In this document: positions 7,720 to 16,462 of the stretch, piece after piece
Position numbering within the stretch: position 1 is the stretch's first letter
Layout of the letters: every line of letters begins with the position of its first letter
IMG/VR virus record: IMGVR_UViG_3300040816_000831
Length of the DNA: 64,000 bases
Reading direction: 5' to 3' (one strand)
Origin: a virus
Notes under the pieces: model-generated
Told to the model about the DNA's origin: nothing
The model's input: only the letters and a program-made list of their open reading frames with translations
The model's database searches: none
Translations under genes and position numbers: made by a program

Positions 7720-8232
7720 CTATTTGTAGAATATGTGGTTATTTATTATAACAGTTTGATTGAGCGAATCTGCCCAATAAGGAAGGACTCTATCATTGTG
7801 ATAATGTGTTGACCCCTCTGTAATATCCGGATATGCTCCTTGTATGACATCTCTTGCTATGTGTAATGATTTAAGCCATGTTGGACTATCTTCTGGGTCG
7901 TCTGATTTGCCATCACAAAACCAACTAAATTGGCATTGATTACGCATAGGAATCATTTCGCCTAACCAGTTTTCTTTCCACTTAGCTTGGTAAATAACTC
8001 CACAAACATCCGTTGGATAATTTGGATGTTTTGTTCTATTTAGAACAACATGAGCAACAGCTACTTTTCCAGCTAATGGTTGATTACCAGCTTCAAAGTA
8101 AATGTTTTGAGCCATACAATAAATATCATTGTTGGCGTCTGAAGCTTCAACCTTTGGAACAGCAAACATTACTGCACCTAGCATGAAACCAAATAACATT
8201 CCATATAGAAATGCTTTATATTCATCTGTCAT
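7720..8232 (-). CDS. SleB-like cell wall hydrolase with N-terminal TM/signal segment
   Basis: CMAQNIYFEA, AVAHVVLNR, CQFSW, THYH, HIFYK. Confidence 0.9.
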   Translation of the reverse strand: MTDEYKAFLYGMLFGFMLGAVMFAVPKVEASDANNDIYCMAQNIYFEAGNQPLAGKVAVAHVVLNRTKHPNYPTDVCGVIYQAKWKENWLGEMIPMRNQCQFSWFCDGKSDDPEDSPTWLKSLHIARDVIQGAYPDITEGSTHYHNDRVLPYWADSLNQTVIINNHIFYK

Positions 8233-9146
8233 ATATTATTTTTAAACACGAATTCAATAGCTCGTGCTGCCTCCTTTTCTAAATCTCTTTTATTATACCA
8301 CCCACCAGTATCAGTATCTAAATCTCTACAGATATATTCGATTTCTTTTGGTGTAATTGGATAACCTTTACTATGAGCATTACCAGCAGTTGTTAACATG
8401 ATTTGATACATTTTTGCATACCAACCAGTTCCACTGATACCTTTATATTCGTCAACTTGTTTTTTATTAACAAAAGGACAATCACGATATGATGTCCACG
8501 TATAATTTGTATTGTTCAATTCATTTCTTTTTCTTTCAAGTAACGCTTTTTGTATTGCTTCTGGAAAACGATCGAACATTGTTTGATTAGGTTTAACGTA
8601 TGGATATTGTTCCATAAGTTTATGTGGGTTCATAATATCTCCATCGTGAGAAAATATGAAATTAAAACTGTTTTTGTATTTAGCAGGAACATAATACATT
8701 CTGCTTAAGTCTTTGGTTTGAGCATCAGCAATATCGCCAATCTCTTTGTTTAAAGCATACCAAAAATGCTTAATGTCTTCTTTATCAACGAATTCTGTTA
8801 ATGGAAAGACGAGTCTAAACTTTGGTGATTCAACTGTAGATGATGCTGTTGAATAACATACATAACGATACTTATCATACTTTGATTCAATATCTTTCAT
8901 ATCGCCTTCATAATCATCAATATCAAGAATACCAAAGCCGGCCCAACCAACAACATTATCATTTGCACGAGTAGTACTAGTTTGATATATTGCTGGACTT
9001 AAAAGCGGAGCATCTTTCTTTGTAGGATATTTAGTCGACTCAGAAAGCTTATAGAGAATAGCCTCGAACTCGTCGAAACTATTATAATCCATACGCTTAT
9101 CTGTTTTGTTATCGTATATATTATCGAATATTGTGCAACTTACCAT
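8229..9146 (-). CDS. AEP-superfamily primase/primase-polymerase-like protein
   Basis: ILDIDD (DxD), YSTASS...PKFRLVFPL, KDLSRMYYVP; helical C-terminal domain. Confidence 0.6.
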   Translation of the reverse strand: MVSCTIFDNIYDNKTDKRMDYNSFDEFEAILYKLSESTKYPTKKDAPLLSPAIYQTSTTRANDNVVGWAGFGILDIDDYEGDMKDIESKYDKYRYVCYSTASSTVESPKFRLVFPLTEFVDKEDIKHFWYALNKEIGDIADAQTKDLSRMYYVPAKYKNSFNFIFSHDGDIMNPHKLMEQYPYVKPNQTMFDRFPEAIQKALLERKRNELNNTNYTWTSYRDCPFVNKKQVDEYKGISGTGWYAKMYQIMLTTAGNAHSKGYPITPKEIEYICRDLDTDTGGWYNKRDLEKEAARAIEFVFKNNI

Positions 9147-9534
9147 GATTTCCTTCGTGACTTGGTCCTTCCCAACCTTCTGGTTTGATTAGGTCTGGTA
9201 ATCCTAGTGGATTAGGTCTTTCAGGTTTTACTCCTACTGTTTTATTTAAGTTTGCTTTTAGAACTTCATCCCAAGCTTTATATGGGTCAATACCAAATGC
9301 ATCAAGTGTTCCAATAGCAACAACACATATATCGATTAAACCATCGACAATTTCTTCTGCATCGTTATTGGTTAATGCTGCTTCAGTTTCCATAAGTTCT
9401 TCTCTTATAAATTTGATTCTAAATCCAAGATAAGCACGTAGCTTTTCAGCGTTGTCTTTATTATCATGAATCCATTTATGAACTCCATACTTATACTGCA
9501 TGTCTTGAATATCTTTTATCCAGTTTTGGCTCAT
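9121..9534 (-). CDS. MazG/PRA-PH-like all-alpha NTP pyrophosphohydrolase
   Basis: IREELMETE...EEIVDGLIDI, ANLNK, KPEGW. Confidence 0.8.
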   Translation of the reverse strand: MSQNWIKDIQDMQYKYGVHKWIHDNKDNAEKLRAYLGFRIKFIREELMETEAALTNNDAEEIVDGLIDICVVAIGTLDAFGIDPYKAWDEVLKANLNKTVGVKPERPNPLGLPDLIKPEGWEGPSHEGNHGKLHNIR

Positions 9535-9806
9535 GTTATGATTCCTGATTTTGCTGTTACGATTCCACTATCCATTTGTCTTACCTGATCGACTAATTCA
9601 TCGACTGGATCGACCATGAATACAACAAAGTTTTTAGGAATAGTGATTCCTTCTTTTGCTTTTGTATAAGCCATGAAAGGCATAAATCCAATTTTGCCTT
9701 CTCCAGCTGGTATTAAAGAATAGCCATCGGTAATAGTAATGTCACTGCCATTATCTACTACTTTGCCAATTACTTCCTCTCCTGAGGATAATCTTACTAG
9801 TTTCAT
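9531..9806 (-). CDS. Conserved T4-like hypothetical protein (Sm-like fold likely)
   Basis: KLVRLSSGEEVIG N-terminus; GGAG before second Met; paralog-like to 24817-25215. Confidence 0.6.
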   Translation of the reverse strand: MKLVRLSSGEEVIGKVVDNGSDITITDGYSLIPAGEGKIGFMPFMAYTKAKEGITIPKNFVVFMVDPVDELVDQVRQMDSGIVTAKSGIIT

Positions 9807-9826
9807 ATTTTTCTCCATAGGTATAT

Positions 9827-9855
9827 ATTATACCATACTTTTAGTAGTTTGTAAA
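9827..9855 (-). promoter_or_regulatory. sigma70-type early promoter
   Basis: TTTACA-17-TATAAT. Confidence 0.8.
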
Positions 9856-9858
9856 CGA

Positions 9859-10431
9859 TTAATCCCAATTAATTGCAGGTATTTGTCCATAAAATCCTTG
9901 AGTTGCTTTTAATTGAGTAGGAAAATATTTAGAAAGCTTCTCAATATCTCCATGATCGTAATTTAATTTAGGCAATCTTGCCTCTTTCTTTTGAACTATA
10001 ACAGATACATCATATCCATAAGTTCTCACAGCTGCATCTGAACAGTCAAATCCAGCTAATATAAGATTATATAATAATAATCCTGCATTCCATAATGAAA
10101 CATGTCCACCAACAATATTGTGTCTAAGTGGTGGAACAGATATTGCAAGAATTCCATTTGTATCTATAAGATGAAATATCTTACTTAAAAAATGATGTAC
10201 ATTCAATTGATGTTCAAGTGTATGTGCACACCAAACACAATCAAAATTTCTATCAAAGTCGATTGTATTAAAATCACCTTGATAATCTGATTCGAGTATA
10301 TCTGTTGTATAAACTTTTTTACCTCTTTCTTTAAACATATTAGAAAACTTTCCATCACCTGCGCCAACATCAAGTACTGAATTAAATTGAAAATCTGTTA
10401 CTAACTTTTCAAAGGTGAGTAAACTTCTCAT
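9859..10431 (-). CDS. Class I SAM-dependent methyltransferase (small-molecule type)
   Basis: VLDVGAGDG, HTLEH, ISVPP; ATGA overlap with gp43 stop. Confidence 0.85.
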   Translation of the reverse strand: MRSLLTFEKLVTDFQFNSVLDVGAGDGKFSNMFKERGKKVYTTDILESDYQGDFNTIDFDRNFDCVWCAHTLEHQLNVHHFLSKIFHLIDTNGILAISVPPLRHNIVGGHVSLWNAGLLLYNLILAGFDCSDAAVRTYGYDVSVIVQKKEARLPKLNYDHGDIEKLSKYFPTQLKATQGFYGQIPAINWD

Positions 10432-12959
10432 CCGAAAAAATCCTCCAGGCTTGCAACTTCTTTCGAAGTCCAACCTACTGCTTCCAAGACCGGTTCAATA
10501 GGATCGAGGAATGTTTTTTGAAACTGTGTTTCATGGTCGATGTATTTTCTTAAGCCAAACTCATCTGGAAGATAAGATGGGAAAGCAATTACATTTTCAT
10601 GAATTGAATTTGGTTGACGAAGATATATGAACTTAATCTTTTCGCCATTGTTTATAAGTTCGTATTTCTTTTTAAGCTGATTGTCTTCAATTAGTTTATT
10701 GTAAAGAATAGCTCCACGAACATGTATAGGCGTTCCTTTTTTATAGAGGGTATTTCTATCTTGGAACTTTTTAACTTGAGTCACTCCGCGCGGAAATGCA
10801 ATCTGGTCAGGTTCAAGAGTTTTGAAATAGTTCTTAAACTGTTCGATAGCTTGTTGAACTGTATTTTCATCTTCTTTCATTATGACTTTGAATATATTTT
10901 TAAGAGCATCACGACATGGTTCAGGTGTAGAAGACTTAATTGCTTCAATACCCATAATCTTAAGCTTTGGCTCGGCATATCTCACGCCTTCGTTATCATG
11001 TACATTCATAATATATCTTTTCTTTGCAGTCCAAAGCGCACGGTCAGCGATTGCTTCACGTTTCATAACCATACGATTATCTACTCCACCAAGATACTTA
11101 TACAATTGCTCATAAGACTTTTCAAGCTCTGGTTCAAGCGCTTCACTAGCAACTTTATCTAGAAAGTCGATTGTATTTTCAGGTTTGAATTTTTGTACAA
11201 AGTCGTTTAAGCATACATACAGCGAGTCTGTGTCGATAGCAATAACATAGTCTTTCCATTTTTCAGGTTTGAGCACTCTATTGAGATAGGTGTTAAGCGA
11301 ATATTCGGCCCATCGAATTGTAAGTTGTCCGGTGAGGGTAATTGCTTCTGCGATTCTCTGGTCAAAGAATCGAAAATAGCGATTGCCAAGAGCGCCATAC
11401 AAACTGTTAAGAAGAATCTTAATAGCCATTTGTCTGTTTTCGGCAATTGCAATATCTCTTTCAATTTGATATAATTTTTGTTTGTCATTTTTATCTACCT
11501 TTTCTTTTTCTTTTTGAGCGTTAATCATTTCTTGTTTAATACCAACACGCTCTTTATACATCTCATCGATAATGAATGGTATTATACCTGGCTTATCTAC
11601 ATTAAAATATTGTCCATTAGCTGCAAGAGCTTTACCTTTATTAGGAGCGATACGATGTTCGCTTATAGCACTATCAATATCGAATTGAGCAATCTCTCCA
11701 TTAGCAATCGTTTCAGGCGACATATTGTATTGCATAATGATTGATGGATAGAGAGAGTTTAAGTCAAAAGAAACAACGTTATCATGTATTCCTACTTGTG
11801 GGTCTTTAACAAAGCCACCTGGATAGTTAGACTTTACTTTATCTTCAACGAAAGGTATAGCAATATTGTTTGCAAATAATCTGCGATAGATAATCGTATC
11901 CCATATCATTGTAGTACCGAATGTATCGTTATAGTTAACGCCAGCTTTATATGCCATTGTCATACAAAGAGTAATCAATCCAAGCTTATCTTCGATTTTG
12001 TCGACAAGCTCAACGTCTTTGATATTATAGTCAATAAACTTTTGGTGATTATGCTTGTAAAGAGTATGAAGATTCGAATACTCATCATAAGATAGTTTCT
12101 TTTCTCCTAACACGACATGAGCAATGTTATCAAGTTTATAAGATTCTTGTGGTCCATAAGAATAACCAAACTTCTTAAATAGGTCGAGGTAATCAAGTTG
12201 AGATATACCTTTAAGTTCATAAGCAGTTTGAGTCCTTCCCATCTTAGTTACGTCTTGTCTATCAATCATTCCCCAAGGACTGAGTCTTTTTACGTAAGCT
12301 TCTCCAAGCATACGATTGATTCTATTCACAAGGTATGGAATATCAAAGAACCTTGAATTCCAGCCAGTCACGACATCAGGACAATATTGTTGAGATGACC
12401 AATGAGTAATAAAATTAATAAGCAAGTCATCTTCACGGTCAAACTTACGATATACTACCATGTGGTCTTTCATATAAGATTTGTCAGTATCATAATCACC
12501 TAAGCCCCAGACATAATAAGTATTGCCAATATTGTTTTTCATACAAATGGCTGTAATCTTATGGTCGGCTTTTTCAGGCTCAGGGAATCCATCGTCAGAA
12601 GCAACTTCAATATCAATTGTTGATACGTTGATTTTGTTTCGATCGAATTCGATATTACCAGGATAGTAATCATTAATGAATGCTGGAACGTACTTTGTGT
12701 TTCCATATATCTTTTTACCAGATACGCCTTTATTAGCTTGAACATACTCGTTAGCAGTTCTCATGGATTCGAACCTTTTGCCAGCATTTGCTACACCTAC
12801 AGGATTTCCATCAAGCGATTTCCACTTGGTAGGAAGATTGGTAGATGTAAAAAGGATTGGTTCGTATTTGACTTTCTTTTCAATTCGTCTTCCGTGGTCA
12901 TATCCTCGTAAGAGAATCATATTACCATATCGAGACACATTAGTATAGAATTTCATCAT
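10428..12959 (-). CDS. gp43: Family B DNA polymerase
   Basis: DIEV exonuclease motif, SFDLNSLYPS, KILLNSLYGALG, DTDS, C-terminal SLEDFFG. Confidence 0.98.
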   Translation of the reverse strand: MMKFYTNVSRYGNMILLRGYDHGRRIEKKVKYEPILFTSTNLPTKWKSLDGNPVGVANAGKRFESMRTANEYVQANKGVSGKKIYGNTKYVPAFINDYYPGNIEFDRNKINVSTIDIEVASDDGFPEPEKADHKITAICMKNNIGNTYYVWGLGDYDTDKSYMKDHMVVYRKFDREDDLLINFITHWSSQQYCPDVVTGWNSRFFDIPYLVNRINRMLGEAYVKRLSPWGMIDRQDVTKMGRTQTAYELKGISQLDYLDLFKKFGYSYGPQESYKLDNIAHVVLGEKKLSYDEYSNLHTLYKHNHQKFIDYNIKDVELVDKIEDKLGLITLCMTMAYKAGVNYNDTFGTTMIWDTIIYRRLFANNIAIPFVEDKVKSNYPGGFVKDPQVGIHDNVVSFDLNSLYPSIIMQYNMSPETIANGEIAQFDIDSAISEHRIAPNKGKALAANGQYFNVDKPGIIPFIIDEMYKERVGIKQEMINAQKEKEKVDKNDKQKLYQIERDIAIAENRQMAIKILLNSLYGALGNRYFRFFDQRIAEAITLTGQLTIRWAEYSLNTYLNRVLKPEKWKDYVIAIDTDSLYVCLNDFVQKFKPENTIDFLDKVASEALEPELEKSYEQLYKYLGGVDNRMVMKREAIADRALWTAKKRYIMNVHDNEGVRYAEPKLKIMGIEAIKSSTPEPCRDALKNIFKVIMKEDENTVQQAIEQFKNYFKTLEPDQIAFPRGVTQVKKFQDRNTLYKKGTPIHVRGAILYNKLIEDNQLKKKYELINNGEKIKFIYLRQPNSIHENVIAFPSYLPDEFGLRKYIDHETQFQKTFLDPIEPVLEAVGWTSKEVASLEDFFG

Positions 12960-12965
12960 ATGTAT

Positions 12966-12994
12966 ATTATACCATAGTTTAGGTTAAATGTAAA
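12966..12994 (-). promoter_or_regulatory. sigma70-type promoter of gp43
   Basis: TTTACA-17-TATAAT, 6 nt before ATG. Confidence 0.8.
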
Positions 12995-13023
12995 GGTTTA
13001 TTTTCATTTATTTTCAAAAGATT

Positions 13024-13043
13024 GGGGGTAATTGCTTACCCCC
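13024..13043 (-). terminator. Rho-independent terminator
   Basis: GGGGGTAA-GCAA-TTACCCCC stem with GNRA loop followed by AATCTTTT. Confidence 0.7.
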
Positions 13044-13065
13044 GCATGATTTTGTCAATTTGGTC

Positions 13066-13206
13066 TTAAAATCCAGCAGCTTGAGCTATCATTAACGCTG
13101 GTGCTAATCCTAAGATTAGTCCTGTTGTTAACAAAGCTATAGTAACAGTTTTTAAGGCCTCGGCAACGTCTTCATACTTATCCATAAGATGGATTATATG
13201 TTTCAT
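13066..13206 (-). CDS. 46-aa membrane peptide (not in ORF track)
   Basis: MKHIIHLMDKYEDVAEALKTVTIALLTTGLILGLAPALMIAQAAGF; SD GGAGA just upstream. Confidence 0.6.
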   Translation of the reverse strand: MKHIIHLMDKYEDVAEALKTVTIALLTTGLILGLAPALMIAQAAGF

Positions 13207-13263
13207 GTTGTTCTCCAGTAAATAGTTTATTACATATCTACTGAGTTGTCGCTGCTCGCCAGT

Positions 13264-13719
13264 TTACCCTTTCAAGTATTCTTTCTTCTTTGATGCCCCA
13301 GCAGACCCTAATTCGATCTTTCTAGGACGCTTCTCTTCTGGAAGTTCTACTCTGGCATACACCACTAGTATTCCATCCTTCAAATCAGCACCGTCTATTA
13401 CAACAAATTCTGAGAGTCGAAATGATTTCTCAAATTTGCGGGACGATATACCTTTATATGCGTATTCACGCTCAGCTGGCTCCACCTCTCCTTTGACTTT
13501 CAATATGCCATCTTTAAGTTGGATATCAATATCCTTTTCCTTAAATCCAGCAATTGCAAGCTCGATGAGAAATTTCTCATCATCGATTTTCACAACGTTA
13601 TGTGGTGGATAGTTATCAGTTCCAGACCTAGCACTTTGATGAATCCTTTCTAAGTCTTCAAACAATGTGTCAAATCCGACAAAAAGTGAACGCGGTACGT
13701 TCAAAGTATTTCTTACCAT
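13264..13719 (-). CDS. hsp20: Small heat shock protein (IbpA-like)
   Basis: NYPPHNV, IELAIAGF, KGISSRKF, LKDGIL alpha-crystallin motifs. Confidence 0.95.
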   Translation of the reverse strand: MVRNTLNVPRSLFVGFDTLFEDLERIHQSARSGTDNYPPHNVVKIDDEKFLIELAIAGFKEKDIDIQLKDGILKVKGEVEPAEREYAYKGISSRKFEKSFRLSEFVVIDGADLKDGILVVYARVELPEEKRPRKIELGSAGASKKKEYLKG

Positions 13720-13727
13720 TTTTATTT

Positions 13728-13747
13728 CCTCCTATTAAATAGCAAGG
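13728..13747 (-). promoter_or_regulatory. ROSE-like RNA thermometer hairpin sequestering the hsp20 SD
   Basis: CCUUGCUAU-UUA-AUAGGAGG: UUGCU pairs with AGGA, with a bulged G. Confidence 0.65.
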
Positions 13748-13784
13748 TTGTGGGAACCGGTCCAATACCGCATTCCTCGTTATA

Positions 13785-13792
13785 TATTTATA
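13785..13792 (-). promoter_or_regulatory. T4 late promoter upstream of hsp20
   Basis: TATAAATA. Confidence 0.65.
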
Positions 13793-13822
13793 CAAGCTTT
13801 GTTGCTAGTTTAAATAAATTTT

Positions 13823-13912
13823 TTATAAGTAGATTTTTACTACTTTATTTAGTCTGCCTGCTTTCATAAATTTATGAAAATTCTTCCAGGCCTTTTTAAT
13901 TTTTTTCTCCAT
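13823..13912 (-). CDS. Possible 29-aa basic peptide
   Basis: MEKKIKKAWKNFHKFMKAGRLNKVVKIYL overlapping the end of regA. Confidence 0.35.
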   Translation of the reverse strand: MEKKIKKAWKNFHKFMKAGRLNKVVKIYL

Positions 13913-14330
13913 TATTAGAGTTCCCTATGTTATACTTAGGGCATAGTTCCCATTGAGTTTTTTCCTTAAAAGGAATCACCTTAATTTGTCTCAATGGTGC
14001 TAAATCTTTAGAAGATTCAGGCTTCATAATAGTTACTAAACCCCAGTCGGCTAGTAATGTTGCAATTGTATTTCTACGTTGTACATCATTCTCAAGTAAA
14101 CTAGATGGTTTTCCATCTAGTAAAAATAGTTCTTTAAAGTGAACTATAAAATATCTACCTTGCTTATGTAATATATGGCAAGATTGAAAAAGCTTCTGGT
14201 CTTTCCTAGAAGCTACACCTATACGTGTTAATGTTTCACGTATCTTTAAAAAGTCGTCTGGTTCGTTTAGAGAGACTTCTAACATAGAGTTAGGAGTCCA
14301 ATCTGTAATTTGTATGTTATTGTTTTCCAC
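13896..14330 (-). CDS. regA: Translational repressor RegA
   Basis: DDFLKIRETLTRIGVAS, QSCHILHKQGRYFIVHFKELF. Confidence 0.97.
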   Translation of the reverse strand: MENNNIQITDWTPNSMLEVSLNEPDDFLKIRETLTRIGVASRKDQKLFQSCHILHKQGRYFIVHFKELFLLDGKPSSLLENDVQRRNTIATLLADWGLVTIMKPESSKDLAPLRQIKVIPFKEKTQWELCPKYNIGNSNNGEKN

Positions 14331-14694
14331 CTTTATAAATCCTTTGTTTCAATTGTTCAATATTTTCATTACTCATTAATGATAATGCAGATTTAGCCTT
14401 TTCGTCACTATACCCATAATTTTCTTTGATGAGTTCTAGATGGTCAATATCACTGGCCTTAATCCACTTAGACCATCTTTTCTTCTTTCTAATTATATTT
14501 ATAAGAAAATCGAACTGAACGCGATGGTCTAGGTGATGATGTTTATTCATTTCATTAGCATACAATACAGTGTCTTTAAAGAAAGAAAGACCACGATTTA
14601 TAATGAAAGGATTGTATTCTTTCTCAGCAATGTCATCAACCATGATATCTTTCTTGGTTTCATTAATTGCTTTTAAGTAATCGAATGGACTCAT
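14317..14694 (-). CDS. gp62: Clamp loader small subunit
   Basis: YNPFIINRGLS, ANEMN, YGYS..KA; position between gp44 and regA. Confidence 0.92.
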   Translation of the reverse strand: MSPFDYLKAINETKKDIMVDDIAEKEYNPFIINRGLSFFKDTVLYANEMNKHHHLDHRVQFDFLINIIRKKKRWSKWIKASDIDHLELIKENYGYSDEKAKSALSLMSNENIEQLKQRIYKGGKQ

Positions 14695-14891
14695 TGTTTA
14701 TCTATGAACGTTTGAGCGTCTGATTTTTTGGTGAATGTTCTTTCAGAAATAATAACATTTGCAGAATTGAATTGAACTGCTCTATACTGTTCTTTTTGAC
14801 TTTCAAAATGAACGGTTACTATATCCCATCTATTAGTCGTTTCTTGTTCTACGATTTCGCCACCAAATGGCAAGTTTACGAATTTTTTCAT
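14691..14891 (-). CDS. Hypothetical protein
   Basis: 66-aa ORF overlapping both neighbours by ATGA. Confidence 0.6.
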   Translation of the reverse strand: MKKFVNLPFGGEIVEQETTNRWDIVTVHFESQKEQYRAVQFNSANVIISERTFTKKSDAQTFIDKQ

Positions 14892-15823
14892 TTGAATTTT
14901 ACTCCTGCCATTACTTCAGTTAAACATGCAACCATATTCAATTCATGGTCTGCAACAAAACTGTTTTTATATTGATAATCAGCCAGAATAAGTACCAATT
15001 GCGGTATTGATTGAGGCTCTACGTATTCATTCATGTTATCGTATACTTTACGAAACATTGATGCTGGTTCTATATCGATATTATCAGCAACCCATTGTCT
15101 CATTTTACGAAAGTCTTTTATTTTAAGAGCATTCATAAGAGTATCAAGAGCAATATCATTAGCATTGACTAATATACCACTATCGATTTTACCAAAGTTT
15201 GAATATCTTTGTAGTTCATTAAGTGTTCTTCTGAAATCTGGAAAGTATTTCATAATCAGTTCAGCAATAACAGCTGGTTCTGAATTTATACTTTCGACTG
15301 ATAGTATCTGTTGAACTCTTTGCATAAACTGACCAGCAAGAGCTTCTTTCTCTTTCTTTGGCATCGCAAATTCGATAACACTGGTTCTTGAATGTAGTGG
15401 CTCGATTATACGATTCTTGAAATTACAAGTAAGTATAAACCTACAGTTAGATGAAAACTCTTCGATAAATCCACGCAAAGCTGGTTGAGTGGATTGTGGA
15501 TTAAGGTAATCCGCTTCGTCCAAGATGACGACTTTGAGGCCGCCTGATAAGGAAACGGACGAAGCGAATTGTTTGATTTTGTTTCTTAGAGTATCAATAC
15601 CTGATTCTTCTGAACCATTAATGATTATATAGTCTAAGTCAAGCTCGTTGCAAAGTGCTCTAGCAACTGTGGTCTTTCCTGTACCAGCAGTACCAGTGAA
15701 CATCATATTCTGAAGTTCGCCTTTGTCTAAAACATTTTGGAATATCTTTTTAAGGTCTAGTGATAATACACATTCCTCTACTTTTCTTGGGCGGTACTTT
15801 TCCACCCATAGGAACTCTTCCAT
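14888..15823 (-). CDS. gp44: Clamp loader ATPase subunit
   Basis: LWVEKYRP, GTAGTGKT, ILDEAD, LHSR. Confidence 0.97.
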   Translation of the reverse strand: MEEFLWVEKYRPRKVEECVLSLDLKKIFQNVLDKGELQNMMFTGTAGTGKTTVARALCNELDLDYIIINGSEESGIDTLRNKIKQFASSVSLSGGLKVVILDEADYLNPQSTQPALRGFIEEFSSNCRFILTCNFKNRIIEPLHSRTSVIEFAMPKKEKEALAGQFMQRVQQILSVESINSEPAVIAELIMKYFPDFRRTLNELQRYSNFGKIDSGILVNANDIALDTLMNALKIKDFRKMRQWVADNIDIEPASMFRKVYDNMNEYVEPQSIPQLVLILADYQYKNSFVADHELNMVACLTEVMAGVKFK

Positions 15824-16080
15824 TATAGTACCTCCCAACCTTCTACGGTATCTAACCTAAAAGACCTCCATGCATTTTTATCCAATGACCATACTGGAAA
15901 TGCTTCCATTCCTGTCGCTGAATAATCTATTGATATTGTTACACCAGCCTCTTTTAGAGTTTCTGGTTTTAGAGTACACGGCATTATTCTTAGTTCGCCT
16001 GTATCTATTTTTTTGAATGTGACTGTGACTTGCCCTTTTTGTAAAGCCTCGAGCAATTTGGCTTTTTCATTGTTGTTCAT
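15823..16080 (-). CDS. WYL-like/SH3 beta-barrel phage protein
   Basis: VTVTFKK..G.LRIMPCTL...AWRSFR; start at MNNNEK after AGGA. Confidence 0.65.
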   Translation of the reverse strand: MNNNEKAKLLEALQKGQVTVTFKKIDTGELRIMPCTLKPETLKEAGVTISIDYSATGMEAFPVWSLDKNAWRSFRLDTVEGWEVL

Positions 16081-16102
16081 AATATATCCTATAATAAAAT
16101 TT

Positions 16103-16121
16103 GAGGGGACTTTCACCCCTC
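16103..16121 (-). terminator. Stem-loop, probable terminator
   Basis: GAGGGG-TGAAAGT-CCCCTC followed by AAATTTT. Confidence 0.5.
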
Positions 16122-16126
16122 CCGTA

Positions 16127-16384
16127 TTAACCTTCGACTGATTCTTCATCAGCAACTTCTTCCACCGGTACTTGACCTTCTGGTGTTTCGTTGCCTTTGG
16201 AGGCCGCGTTTAGAAACTTAACTGTTCTGTTTCTTAAACCACCAACTGCTTCAAGCTCAGGGCCTTCAAATCCACCTCTTTTAGAACAAATATCAATTAT
16301 TTGTACCATTGTAGCGATGTCCTGTAGACTTAACTGGACGCTTTCTGCAGCTTCAGTTTCAACGTTATTCACTTCTTCTGACAT
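16127..16384 (-). CDS. Hypothetical acidic protein
   Basis: IIDICSKRGGFEG.ELEAVG; SD AGGAG; late promoter at 16455-16462. Confidence 0.7.
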   Translation of the reverse strand: MSEEVNNVETEAAESVQLSLQDIATMVQIIDICSKRGGFEGPELEAVGGLRNRTVKFLNAASKGNETPEGQVPVEEVADEESVEG

Positions 16385-16454
16385 AATTTTCTCCTATGCA
16401 TAGTTACGAAAATAAGAAGACCTGCCCCATGCAGCATCTTCCATTCCTACAATA

Positions 16455-16462
16455 TATTTATA
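16455..16462 (-). promoter_or_regulatory. T4 late promoter
   Basis: TATAAATA overlapping gp45 stop. Confidence 0.6.
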
